From the sequence record V00865.1: a stretch of 284 nucleotides of DNA; one strand, 5' to 3'. This DNA comes from a phage. The notes beneath the pieces are model-generated. The model saw nothing but the letters and a program-made list of their open reading frames with translations. It was not told where the DNA came from and did no database searches. Position 1 is the stretch's first letter. The number at the start of each line of letters is the position of its first letter. The translations under genes were made by a program, and so were the position numbers. Shown in pieces: positions 1 through 284 of this stretch.

Positions 1-21
1 ATTTGGCCGTCTCGATACTAG
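1..21 (+). CDS. ner: 3' end of a Ner-like DNA-binding regulator gene (Mu Ner / Nlp family); 5' end lies outside the window
   Basis: Frame 1 reads att tgg ccg tct cga tac tag = I W P S R Y stop (TAG at 19-21). IWPSRY is the conserved C-terminal motif of Mu Ner and E. coli Nlp as I recall them. Its position directly upstream of a MuA-like start codon fits the Mu gene order c-ner-A-B. Only six residues are visible, so the call leans on context. Confidence 0.5.
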   Translation: MWPSRY

Positions 22-24
22 GTG
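20..24 (+). promoter_or_regulatory. Shine-Dalgarno-like ribosome binding site for the downstream transposase gene
   Basis: AGGTG at 20-24, with a 4-nt spacer (cgct) before ATG at 29. It overlaps the TAG stop of the upstream Ner-like ORF, consistent with a tightly packed operon. Confidence 0.4.
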
Positions 25-28
25 CGCT

Positions 29-284
29 ATGAAAGAATGGTATACAGCAAAAAGAAGAGAGTTGCTCGGTTTGGCAGGTTACCAAAGCAAGCCACTAACA
101 TTACACGTAAGGCACAAAGAGAAGGCTGGGAGTTTCAGGCAGGTTGCAGGGACTAAAGGTGTATCATTTGAATTCAATATCAAATCATTCCCTGTCGCAT
201 TACGTGCTGAAAATCTGTTGCAACAAGGGAGAATTGAAACAAGTCAGGGGTATTTTGAAATCGCCCGCCCCACGCTGGAAGCCC
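29..284 (+). CDS. A: Mu-family transposase A (MuA/D108 A-like), N-terminal winged-helix DNA-binding domain; 5' partial gene running off the window end
   Basis: ATG at 29 opens an uninterrupted frame to position 284 (85 codons). Translation: [85 protein letters not shown]. The stretch [23 protein letters not shown] closely resembles MuA [25 protein letters not shown] (domain I-alpha/I-beta boundary) as I recall it. No in-frame alternative start exists at 2-28. Caveat: residues encoded by about 79-136 may be read in the wrong frame (see findings). Confidence 0.8.
   Translation, partial: [85 protein letters not shown]

Noticed and set aside
2-28. Possible N-terminal extension of the transposase, since its frame is open from position 2
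   Set aside because: No ATG, GTG or TTG occurs in frame between 2 and 28. An upstream start would overlap the Ner-like gene in another frame. ATG 29 has an appropriately spaced AGGTG and matches where Mu-family transposases begin.
37-156. Forward ORF in the +1-shifted frame (ATG 37 to TAA 154-156, 39 codons: [39 protein letters not shown])
   Set aside because: It lies entirely inside the transposase ORF and has no RBS of its own. Its family-like segment (LPK...REGW) is better explained as the displaced true frame of the transposase than as an independent small gene.
163-189. Perfect 10-bp palindrome ttgaattcaa (168-177, containing an EcoRI site) flanked by atcatt direct repeats (163-168 and 184-189)
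   Set aside because: It is inside the coding region (encoding FEFNIKSF) in AT-rich sequence. Short palindromes like this are expected by chance, and there is no adjacent promoter or terminator context. Nothing suggests an operator or transposon end.
82-243. Reverse-strand open frame of about 54 codons with no stops
   Set aside because: It is short, lies fully antisense to a well-supported CDS, and I saw no convincing start codon with an RBS. Open antisense frames of this length are common opposite real genes.
1-284. Prompted expectation of a novel, undescribed biological system
   Set aside because: Everything in the window is explained by a known Mu-type ner-A junction. The only unexplained signal is the local frame discrepancy, which is more likely an indel or sequencing issue than a new system.

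Overview
This 284-bp window looks like the ner-A junction of the early region of a Mu/D108-type transposable phage or prophage. It holds the last six codons plus stop of a Ner-like gene (IWPSRY*, 1-21), a Shine-Dalgarno-like AGGTG overlapping that stop (20-24), and the first 85 codons of a Mu-family transposase A gene (ATG at 29, open to the window end). The end of the translation ([23 protein letters not shown]) closely matches the MuA N-terminal DNA-binding domain as I recall it from memory; no search was run. The main oddity is at about 79-136: the family's conserved LPK-x12-GW signature is encoded in the +1-shifted frame, not the frame set by the ATG, which suggests two compensating small indels (sequencing error or a real variant). 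I see no evidence for a novel system; this is a known architecture. The window holds no RNA genes, CRISPR repeats or transposon ends.
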